From Eledone cirrhosa (Eukaryota): a DNA stretch of 64,000 nucleotides. The translations under genes were made by a program, and so were the position numbers. Where the stretch lies: positions 16,492,001 through 16,556,000 of the forward strand of contig OZ024759.1 of assembly GCA_964016885.1 (NCBI GenBank). The letters run 5' to 3'. The notes below the pieces were generated by a model that was not told where the DNA came from, made no database searches, and saw nothing but the letters and a program-made list of their open reading frames with translations. This document shows, in pieces, positions 1 to 19,900 of the stretch. Numbering within the stretch: the first letter of the stretch is position 1; every line of letters begins with the position of its first letter.

Positions 1-8183
<8,183 letters not shown>

Positions 8184-8278
8184 AACATGTTGAATTGTAA
8201 ATATCAAGTTTGAAACAGTTGTAAAACAAAGTTTAGAAATATTTATGAAGATGAACTTTCTAGAATGTTTCCAAGAAC

Positions 8279-8288
8279 AATAAATAAA
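8279..8288 (+). promoter_or_regulatory. Probable polyadenylation signal(s) of the LAP3-like gene
   Basis: Two overlapping AATAAA hexamers ~95 nt after the stop codon, followed by GT/T-rich downstream sequence. Confidence 0.55.
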
Positions 8289-8588
8289 ACATTTAAAAAA
8301 AAAAAATGTTGTTGTTTTGTTGTTTTTTTTGTAATATAATTTGTTTTGTTTTTGTTCTTTTGTAATATAATTTAAAAAAAAAAAAAATTTGTTTGTTTGT
8401 TTTTCTAATAAAATTTGTTACTTTTTGGTGGTAATAAAATTTATTTTGATTTTTAAAAAATATAATTTGTTTTTTTTAATAAACTTTAATAGTAAAACTA
8501 TTTTTTCTTACTCTTCCTTTTATTTCGGCATTGCACTTGTCTAACTTACTACACGATCTGAGACTGTGCATTAAAACTAAAGCAATTA

Positions 8589-8928
8589 CCGTATTTGCCA
8601 GCTTATTAGTTGCACTTTTTTTCCACAAAATATAACAAATTCTTCCCTGCATCCATTATACCTGTATCACCGATGGGAGGTTGAATGGAGTGTGAGGACA
8701 ATCATGGTTAAAAAAATTTAGTTTGTATTACTATTAGTATTGCTCATACAGTAATACAATACAATTTATATAATGTTGAACTTATATAAGAGTTTCTTAA
8801 AAAAGCAATGAAATAATTTTTAATAAATTTATGAAGAAATGTACTAAAATCTTTTTTTCCTTAAAATGTCCTTGTAATACCAGAGGGTGTCTTATACGAA
8901 GGGGCGTCTAATAGGCCAGCAAATATGG
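8589..8928. mobile_element. Non-autonomous Tc1/mariner-pogo-like DNA element
   Basis: Imperfect TIRs CCGTATTTGCCAGCTTATTA / TAATAGGCCAGCAAATATGG with TA on the left. Related elements at 38543-39006 and 41354-41899. Confidence 0.6.
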
Positions 8929-9409
8929 GACATCACGGAAGTGTAATTTGAGTCATTTAAAAATACACAAAATCTGTTACAATGGAGAACTGTGATAGTG
9001 TTCAGGTCACAAACAGTGAAACAAATATTTTCTCACCAGAGCTCTGTTGAGAAAATTTAATGACAAATCACCATCATTTAATGTCTATTTTTCCATGCTT
9101 ACATGGGTTAGATGGGTCATCCACATTATGAAACAAGTCTGGCCAACTGGCCGTGCCGTACCTTGCTCAAACAGAACTGTATTTTGGCTGGGATTTTTAC
9201 AGCTGGATACCCTTCCTAACACTAACCATGTTTATAAAGAAAAACTAACAGTTTTTTTTGAAAGTTTTAAATAATTCTTCCTTTTATTTATTTTTATTCA
9301 TTTTTTTTTAATTAGTCAAAATCTTTATTCAACAAATTTCATTTAAATTGTATAATGTTTGCAATAAAAAAAAAATTAAATAATGAAAGCAAAGGGGAAA
9401 GGGAAAGGT

Positions 9410-10660
9410 GGAGTAATAGACTCTAAACCCAAGTTTGGGTGGTATATCTCAGCTAGGGGAGGGAGTGACAGACTACACCATGTCTAGGTGGTATATCTCA
9501 GTTAGGGGAGGGAGTGACAGACTACACCCCTGTCTAGGTGGTATATCTCAGGGGATGGAGTGACAGACTACACCCCTGTCTAGGTGGTATATCTCAGGGG
9601 AGGGGGTGACAGACTCTACACCCCTGTCTAGGTGGTATATCTTAGCTAGGGGAGGGAATGACAGACTACACCCCTGTCTAGGTGGTATATCTTAGCTAGG
9701 GGAGGGAGTGACAGACTACACCCTGGTCTAGGTGGTATATCTCAGTTAGGGGCGGGAGTGACAGACTCTACACCCCTGTCTAGGTGGTATATCTTAGCTA
9801 GGGTAGGGAGTGGCAGACTTTACACCCCTGTCTAGGTGGTATATATTAGCTAGGGGAGGGAGTGACAGACTCTACACCCCGGTCTAGGTGGTATATCTTA
9901 GCTAGGGGAGGGAGTGACAGACTCTACACCCCTGTCTAGGTGGTATATCTTAGCTAGGGGAGGGAGTGACAGACTACACCCTGGTCTAGGTGGTATATCT
10001 CAGTTAGGGGAGGGAGTGACAGACTCTACACCCCGGTCTAGGTGGTATATCTCAGCTAGGGTAGGGAGTGACAGACTACACCCTGGTCTAGGTGGTATAT
10101 CTCAGTTAGGGGAAGGAGTGACAGACTCTACACCCCTGTCTAGGTGGTATATCTCAGTTAGGGGAGGGAGTGACAGACTTTACACCCCTGTCTAGGTGGT
10201 ATATCTTAGCTAGGGTAGGGAGTGACAGACTCTACATCCCGGTCTAGGTGGTAAATCTCAGCTGTGGTAGGGAGCGACAGACTCTACATCCCGGTCTAGG
10301 TGGTAAATCTCAGCTGTGGTAGGGAGTGGCAGGTTCTACACACCAGTCTAGGAGGTATATCTCAGCTGTGGTAGGGAGCGACAGACTCTACATCCCGGTC
10401 TAGGTGGTAAATCTCAGCTAGGGTAGGGAGTGGAAGGTTCTACACACCAGTCTAGGAGGTATATCTCAGCTGTAAATGGCAAACTATACCCCAGTCTAGG
10501 AGGTATATCTCAGCTGTGAATGACAAACTTTATATCCCAGTCTAGGTGGTATATCTCAGCTGTGAGTGACAAACTTTATATCCTAGGTGGTATATTTCAG
10601 CTGGGGGAGGGAGTGACAGACACTACACTCCAGTTTGGGTGATATATCTCTACTTGCGGA
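9410..10660. repeat. 50-52-bp G-rich minisatellite, ~24 copies, upstream of MRPS31
   Basis: Unit CCCCTGTCTAGGTGGTATATCTTAGCTAGGGGAGGGAGTGACAGACT(CT)ACA, degenerating at both edges. Confidence 0.93.
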
Positions 10661-10975
10661 GGAAGTGGTGTATCACAGTTGTATAAAACTGTGATGCTTT
10701 AAGTTTTAGTAAGGCATCTCTGAATTCTCTACCCTGGACAGTCACACTAGTTGGCTGTAATAGTAGCACCAACCCTGCATAAAACTTATCTTTTAAGGTT
10801 CAGTAATATGCCTCTCTGGGGCCTGTGACCTAGCTGGCTTCCATACTTAGCTTTAATGGTAGCGTCAACATTCAAGGTTCAGTAATTCACCGCTTTGAGC
10901 CCTGCGCCCTAGTTGGCCTCAATGGTAGCATCAACCTTTTCAGTTGAATTGTCACTCCTGAGTTACTTCCCCTGA

Positions 10976-10985
10976 AAACATGGCG
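10976..10985 (+). promoter_or_regulatory. Start-codon motif AAACATGGCG (YY1-like, housekeeping-type) of MRPS31
   Basis: The ATG lies in AANATGGCG, a motif common at starts of housekeeping genes. Confidence 0.4.
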
Positions 10986-13900
10986 CTGTCCCTACGATCA
11001 CGCTATTTATTTCTTCTGTTTCAACAAACTCACAGAATTTATCGAAAGTCCTTCAAATCTATTTTACAGTATGTTGCAGTCTTTTCTTTAAATATTTACT
11101 AAATATATACTTATCTGTGTCACTCTTATATATCTTTCTAATGATTATTGTCTTTCAAATATGAAACATAGATAACCTTGAAGATTATAGTTTTATACAT
11201 ACATATATATATATATATATATATCCGTATGTGGTTGACGGCTGAGAGAAAAGAGTACTCAATACCGAAGTAGAGTTTTAATATTCATTTTATTAAGAGT
11301 AAATAGTGTCTCTTGTTACTCTGCAGTTTCAACTGTTTACCACAGGGTCTTCAGACAAGCCTGATGACCCTGTGATAAACAGGCGAAATTTAAGGCTGTA
11401 GACAGTAGTTGGCATTTTCCATTTGAAGCCAAAATACTTACGGCATTGCTAGAAGTGATAGCGAAGCTAAGGCGCTGGAATAGTCAAGCACCCTCATGGA
11501 GAGTATCACATATTACTTCGGTAAAGCGAGACACCAACAATGACTGTGTCAGCGGCTCAGTTCCGTTGAACGTCTCAAATACCACACGTTGAAAAATCTA
11601 AGTTTAATTTGCCGATAAATCATGGTATTTCAGAATTTTATTCTGTTTGGCTACATGATGTGAAAAGGAACGAAATAATCGCGGACTCTGGCCTCCCATA
11701 TGAGGTATTTACCTCTAATACAAGACCAAATTATAACTATATGCAAAGTGGTTGTGGAGGTGCCACGGCAAAAAAAGCACTAAGCCCACACTGTAAAGTG
11801 GACGTGTAGGCGCCACGGAAAAAAAAGCACCCAGCACTCTCTGTAAATGAGGTTGGTGTTAGCAAGGGCATCCAGCTGTAGAAATCAAGCCAGAATCAGT
11901 TCCCGTATGAGCAAGACAAGGTCAGCCGACCGGACATTGCCCACAACAGGACAACCCGTCTAACCCATGCTAGTGTGGAAGAACGGGCGTAAAACGGTGA
12001 TGATGATGATACACACACACACACAAACATATGTTCATTTGGCCAAGTGATGAGCTTTGTTACTCTGGAGTTTCACCACTTAGCCATTAAATGAACACTT
12101 AAACTCTACTCATGTCCGTCAATAATAAATGTGTGTATATATATGTATATAATTTTAAGTAATGTTTTAAATATATATATAACATTATATGTAATATATT
12201 TTCAGATTGCAGCACATAAATTTATCAAAATGCAGAGCTCAGCACCTTTGTCTAAGTCATGTGTTACAAAACGAAAAACAAGACAACATTTCTGACAAAG
12301 AAGATACACCAAAAGAGTAAGTCTAAAATCTTAATATTACAGAGTTTTAAATTTCTTTTAATATCAAACCACCTGATTTATTTATTATTACTAGAAATTT
12401 TAAAATGTACGCACTCATGTTAAATCTTTCAATTGGAATTTTATTTTAGAGATTTTTGTGAAAAAGGTCGAGAGGATCCTTCAATTGTTTCAACAGCACA
12501 GCAGCCTCTCTAGTGTTGGTGATCTACACGATAGATGCACCCAGTATGTGCTATAAAGTGGTTGGTGATAGGAAGGTCACCCAGCTGTAGAAAACTTGCC
12601 AAATAAAGGGTTGGGAGGACCCTTCAGTTGTGTCAAAGACATGACAACCTCTCTAGTGTTGATGCCATGATAAAATGCACTCAGTAGAACTACAAGAAAA
12701 TTATATGCTTATTTATATCTCACACAAATGACTCCGTTGAGTAACAAAAATTAGTAGAAATTTTATGGTAAATTTACTCATGAGAAACCATCATAATCCT
12801 CTTCTTCATAATTTGATGTTTACTTTCCCTGGTAGCAATAGTTGGATGGCTCATTAGCAGACCAAGTTGGTAGTGACTCCATGGTATGCCAGGAGCCTGC
12901 ATCTTGCTTATATTCCTGCACCTTACCAAATGTTCAGATGAGCCAGCAGCTTGCAACTCACTCAGATATGATCCCACACACTGCTTAGTGCATTTTATTG
13001 TGACACCTGCACAAGGGAGGTTGTCATGTCTTTGACACAACTGAAGGATCCTCCCAACCCTTTGTTTGGCAAGTTTTCTCTAGCTGAATGTCCTTCCTAT
13101 CATCAACCAATTTACAAAGTGTAAACTATTACTGTTGTAAATCCTGAAATTGTGTGGCTTGGTTAGAGTGTTGGAACCGTCTTTGTAAGTTTGTGAGTTC
13201 AATTCCTGGCCCTGCTGGCATGTTCAGCATACACAAAAAAAGATTAATAGCTCACCATATTAGGTGGTGCTTCTGATGAGGGTGCTTGTCTATTCCAATG
13301 TTTTAACCCTTTAGAATTTACATTACTCTATATTTACTATTATATTTTCATGGTAAAGGTTTTACTTCACATAATATCAAATCTATGAGATTTTGATATT
13401 ATTTATTTTGAGAACAATACCTTAACATCAGTATGAGCAGCCGGTTTGAACAGAAAGAGGTGAGAGAATTCTGGCCGGTTTAAATGCTAAAGGGTTAAAT
13501 GTTAATGGTGAAGCTTCTATTTCTATTTCAATTTATTATAATATATATTGTGTTTATTTAACAGTAAATATATTTTCTACTTCAGAAAAGTTTCTGAGAT
13601 CAGTGAGGAATTAAAAGCAGCTGCAAAAGATGTAGCTGAGTCTTTGCCAGGTGACCCTGTAAAGACCCACTCTCAACTCCTACACAAGTTACAAGCTCAT
13701 AATGTACTAGTAGAATCACAAAAGACAAATGCACCAGAAGTTAAATCTACCATGGTTATGGAGTAAGTAAAATTTCAAAATGTTTGTTTTATTTCTGTCT
13801 TTAGATGTATTCTTCTTCTTCTTTGATCCCTAGCTGGCAATTGGGGCAGGCTGTCCTCTCAACCAATATGCTGTTGTGGGTGCTGCTGGATGATGGACTC

Positions 13901-16900
13901 CAATGATGATGTTCTTCCACGCTCTTCTATCCATGATGCTAACCTTAGAGGGGTTGAGGTCGAGGCACTGTGATTTCAGGTCTTCCTCGATTTCTTTCAC
14001 CAATGTCTTTTTCGGTGTGCTGTGCTAGACTCTCCAGTGCATGGGTCACTGGCATGAAAAAAGTTGGTGTGGTAGTCTTCCGGTGCTCATTATGCAGACA
14101 TGGCCAAACCACTAACCTGCGTTTGGTCTTCAATGGTCAGCTGCTGCTGCTGGCATTGTTCTTGGATGTTGTTGTTTGAGAATGAGGCGTGTAGAGACAC
14201 ACCAAGGACCTGATGAAGACATCACATTTGGAACATGTTTTACTACTCAGCAATGTCACACTTTCGTTACCATATTTCTCAGAAAATGCTCTGCCTATGT
14301 TTTTTTGAATCATTTTGAAATTATTCCAGCTGTGCTGGAAAAGACCTGTCAAACCCATGCAAGCATGGAAGAGCAGATGTAAGCAATGGTGATGATGAAC
14401 TTAAGGGTTCTTACATAAAATTATAATGGAATGTTTTTAAATAAACATCAACAACTTTAGAACCTGGCTGGTTTCAAGGGGTTTGATATCAAAAGGTTTT
14501 CAACATCATCATTTTTTACAACTTTTTCATGCTGGCATGGGCTGGATAGGACATTTTGAGGCAATATTTTACAGCCTGATGCCCTTCCTGACACAAACCC
14601 TTTTAGTCGTTTCTTATGACTCACAGGAATGTGGTGTACCTATTCTAAACTGGTATTATATATTCTTTTCAGAAATTTATTTGCTGGCATGAAAATTGTC
14701 AAAGATGATGTGTCAGGTTCTGGAAAATGTAAGTAAAAGGATCTTAAATAACTTTCTAAACATTTCTTAACCCTTTAGCATTTAAACCGGCTATATCTGG
14801 CCAGAATTCTCTCACCTCTTACTGTTCAAACCAGCCATGACTGGCCACTCATACTGACTTTAAGGTATTGTTCTCAAACTAAATAATATCAAAATCTCAT
14901 AGATTCAATATTTTGTGAGTTAAACCTTTTCTATGAAAATACTGTAGCAAATATAGAGTAATGGTCTATATTTGCTACAGTATTTTCATAGCTAAAGGGT
15001 TAAATCTGTGATAATGACCTTGATGATATATATTTTCACACATACACACGCAAAAGCATGACAACTTCCCTAGTGCTGGGGCCTTGATAAAATGCACCCT
15101 GCTTTCGCAGGGAAAATGGGTTTATAACTTTAATCATATTTACCCATTTTTGTGGTGGTGATGAGTTTATGTATGCAAGGGTTTAGACATATTTGGGATA
15201 TTTTACAAATTGTCTGTAAGAGAAGAAGAAATCTTTCCCTTCTTTCACATGATACTCTAACACTGTGTGTAACCAGTTTAGAATAAGTACACTATCTCCC
15301 TGCATATTGTTACTACTACCTCCATACCACCACCACCACTACAACAACTACTACCACCACTACCACCACTACTACTACTACTGGCATGTAGGGCTGCAAC
15401 GAAGGTCCTCCATTCCTGTCTGTCTTGGGCCAGCTTCTGGGTGGTATCCCATGTGTGTTGCCAAGACTTCATCTCTCTCTTAACTTCTTCTGCACCAGGT
15501 CTTCTTTGGCCTTCCTTGTTTGTTTCAGCACCAGTGTCGAGTGAAGAGCTATTCTTCAGATGCTATCTTGCTCTCTTCCCAGAACATACCATATAGTACC
15601 CTATGTGTGTTGCCAGGTTTTCATCACTCCCTCAACTGTTTTGCACCAGGCCTTCCTTGTTTGTTTCAGCACCAGTGTCGAGTGAAGAGCTGTTCTTCAG
15701 ATGCTATCTTGATCTCTTCCCAGAACATACCATATGGCCCCCCCAAGTGTGTTGCCAGGTTTCCTATCCACTTCCATCTACTGAGAAGGATTGCTGATAT
15801 ATTCTGCTGTTGGCATCTACCTAGCAATTCTTCATTGGAGATCTTTTCAAGCTAAAAAATTCTAAGGATTCTTGTAAAATTCTTTGTGTGAAAGACAGAC
15901 AGTTTGGTCAGGTCATTCTCTGTCAGTCTCTAGCATTCTGAGCTGTACACAAGGGTGGAAAGAACACAGCTCTGCATGTTGTTAGAGGCAACTAAAAGAG
16001 TTGACACAAGGAAGGGAATCGTGCTGTAAAACAACCTGACAAAGGACCTCAATGTCATGGCACCCACATGACTGACTCCTGTTATAGTGGGGAGAAGGGG
16101 TTATGGGGACATTTAAAATGATTGTTGTTGTTTGTAAACCAGAATGCATTTTATTACCTTCAGAGTTTATTTGAAATATTTTTCCTTCTAAATGTCTTTA
16201 AAATCTATTGAAAATAAAGTTCTCTTTTACTATCTTCCCTCACAAACAGTTCCGATGTCTTCAAGGAACAGACAAGCTGGCAAGCAAATCCAGGATCAAA
16301 CAGAAAGGTAAGAGTAATAAATTTTACTACATGGAATGTGTTGATATATATATATATATATGGAGGCACATGGCTTAGTGGTTAGAGCATTGGCTTTGCA
16401 ATCGAAAGGTTGTGAGTTCAACTCTCAGACCGGGTGATGTGTTGTTTCCTTGAGCAAGACACTTTATTTCACATTGTTCCAGTTTATTCAGCTGTAGAAA
16501 TGAGATGATAGGGACTGGGGTCCCTATCATTCCACTGCAAAGTGGTCGTGGAGGTGCTACGGCAAAAAAGCACCCACCACTCACTGTAAATGAGGTTGGT
16601 GTTAGGAAGGGCATCCAGCTGTAGAAATCAAGCCAGAATCAGTTCCCGTCCCACCCTTGCAAGCAGGGAAAAGCGGACGTAAAAAGATGATGATGTGTGT
16701 GTTTGTGTATGCCCTTATGATTCCATCATCATCATTATCGTTTTACATCTATCTTCCACGATAGCATGGATTTAGACGGGAATTGTCCCACTTGAGGCAA
16801 GATTGGTCGTCTCGCTCGTATAGGACTGTCTGGCAGGTTTTCTACAGCTGGATGCCTTTCCTAACACCAATCATGTTTACAGTGTGGACTGGAAGGTTTT

Positions 16901-19900
16901 TACTGTGTTACCTACACGGCCACATTACAGCGTGGACTGTGTGTTTTTTTTGTGATCCACACATACATACAATATCTGTCGCGCTTTCAGGGTTTTTAAA
17001 ATATTCAAAATATTTAAAAAATTTAAAATGATTTATATATTTTTGTCTTTATACAGCTGGAAGTTATTCTCTGGTACTGGTCTGGGGCTATTCAGCAAAA
17101 ATACAGACTTTTCTGTATCTGGTAAGATATTATATTTTTTCTAATATATTATTTAAAAATTGTTCCAATAATACACTGTAAAGTGGTCATTCTGGTGCCA
17201 TGACAAAAAGCGCCCAGTCGACACTGTAAAGTGGTTAATTTGGTGCTATGAAAAAAAGTACCCAGTCCATACTGTAAAGTGGTCATGTAGGTGCTATGAC
17301 AAAAAGTGCCCAGTCCACACTGTAAAGTGGTTGTGTAGATGTCACAACAAAAAATACCCATTCCACACTGTAAAGTCATTTAAGTGCTATGATAAAAGAC
17401 ACCCAGTCCATGCTGTAAACGTTGTTGGCCTTAGGAAGAGCATCTAGCTGTAGAAACGAAGCCAGAAACAGCCTTAAAGGAGACCATGTAAACCTACATA
17501 GGTTTGAGCTGTTACAACATGATAGGACTGGGAACCCTATCATTAAAAAAAGCCCCCAAAATTTCTTATGTGATGCAACCTTATAGGAGGCCAGCTAAAC
17601 CTACATAGGTATGAGCTGTAACATAATAGGCCTGGGGCACCTATCATTAAAAAATCAGCGTTTGAGAAACCTTTTATGCAATACAATCTTATAGGAGGCC
17701 AGCTAAACCTACATAGATGTGAGCTGTAACAACAGGATAGGATTGGGGTACTTTTTTTTTAAATCACCCAAGAAACCTCTTATGCAATACAACTTTGCAA
17801 GTAGCCAGCTAAACCTCCATATGTAAGCTGTAACAGCGTGATAGAATTGGGGCACCTATCATTAAAAACAAAAAAAACATCCCATGTGATATAATTTCAT
17901 ATGAAGCTAGCTAAACCTACGTAGGTGTGAACTGTATCAAGAACATGATATGGCTGTGGCTTCTATCATTAAAACACACAGTAAACCTCCTATGAGATGC
18001 AACCTTGTAGGAGGCTAGCTAAACCTATGTAGATTTTTCAACTTCCCTAACTATGGAAAGCTATTGGGGACCTAATCTTTAACAAAAAGAAACAGTTATG
18101 AAAATCTATAAATCAATATACAATATATACAATATTAAAACACAGTAATACAGAAGACCCGCCTTCCCTACGTACAAAGTTAAACCTACAGTCAGTAGGC
18201 ACCTCTTAACCAAATATACACCCCAACCCACTACCCCTACTCCATCCTCCCACTCCCACCAACACCACACTTTCTCTGTAAAGTTATGTTGGTACCACAG
18301 AACATCCAGTCCAAACTAAAGAGGTCGTGTAGGTGTCACAACAAAAAAGCACCCAGTCCACGCTGTAAAGTGGTCATGTAGGAGACATGGTAAAAAGGCT
18401 CCCAGTCTACACTGTAAATGTGGTTGGTGTTACGAAGGGCATCCGGCTGTAGAAAACCTGCCAGATACAGTCCTATACGAGTGAGACACTGTCACCCGAT
18501 CAATCTTGCCACAAGTGAGACAATTCCCGTCTAACCCGTGCTAGCGTGGAAGATAGACGTTAAACAATGATGATGATAAGGAACTTCCTATGAGATGCAA
18601 CCTTATAGGAAATTAACTAAACCTACACAGGTGTTAACTATAACTTTCATTGATCTATAAATCTATAAATAAAAATACATATAACATTAAGACATCCAAA
18701 TAACCTCCTATGAAATACAACCTTATAGATGGCCATCTAAACCTACATAGGTGTGAAGTGGAAATTTCATTTAATTTTTTCCTTCTTAAGTGAACAAAAA
18801 TACATAGGACTCCTTGTCTAGTAAATACTTTTTATTTTTTTTTGTAATATATTTTGCAGCAGTCGATTAATTTTTTGAATATTTATTGTTGGATTTTTAA
18901 TTCTTTTCTTTATGTCAGTGAAAAAAACACTATGGGATGAAATAAATGAAGAAACCCTGCACTCCACACCTGCATTACCTTCAAATGCTTTTGAAGAAAT
19001 GGCTATTTGGACTAAGGAAGGAAAATACTGGACATTTCCAATCAATAATGAAGCCGGTCAGTTTATAAATGATACTTTTCACTTGTTATAGCTTATATCT
19101 ATGTAGGTTTAGCTGACCTCCTACCATGTTGTTGTGTTTTTATTACAGCTCACACCTATGTGGGTTTAGCTGACCTATAATGTTGTGGTTGTTACAACTC
19201 ACACCAATGTAGGTTTAGCTGACCTCCTATGAGGTTGCATTTCATAGATGGTTCCTTGGCTTTATTAATAATAGGGACCCCTGTCCTATCATGCACACAT
19301 ACATGTTATCACAGCTCACACCTATGTAGATTTAGCTGCTTTCCTATGAGGTCGTATATCATAGGAAGTTTCTTGGGTGTTTTAACAATAGGGACACCAG
19401 TCCTATGATGTTGTTGTTGTTACAACTCACACCTATGCAGATTTAGCCGGCCTTTGACAAGGTTATATCTCATAAGATGTTTCGCTTGTATTCTAATAAT
19501 AGATGCCCCAGTCCTATCATGTTATCATTAGTCCAACACCCTAACCACTAGGCCACATAACTTCATTTGCTTATATATGAGTAAATATGTTTTAATACAA
19601 GATTTCATGTAAGTCAAATGTGATCTGTCAATTCATCATCGTCGTCATCATCGTCCTAACACCCCCAGCCCTCACCTGATAAGTCTCCCCATCCCTAGAT
19701 CTACCTCTCCTGTCTTTATACACCTTCCCCAGCACCAGCCTCCTGTTGACACTGTAAAGTGGTTGATTTGGTGCCACGACAAAAAGCACTGCCTAGTCCA
19801 TACTCTAAAGACCCAGTCCAAACTGTAAAATGGTCATGTAAGTGTCACGACAAAAAGCACCCAGCCCACACTGTAAAGCGGTTGCGTAGGTGCCATGACA

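Noticed and set aside
8295-8306. A-run after the LAP3 poly(A) signal suggesting a processed pseudogene tail
   Set aside because: The gene has normal introns and no flanking target duplication; A/T runs are frequent in this region.
13273-13310. CTGATGA followed by GGGT..ACCC pairing
   Set aside because: The ACCC belongs to the TIR of the adjacent MITE, and no GAAA/UH/stem I follows.
16362-16432. tRNA-like sequence with A and B boxes (and the many family A heads)
   Set aside because: These are SINE heads that continue into CORE-like or central domains and repeat tails, without a complete cloverleaf; they are not tRNA genes.
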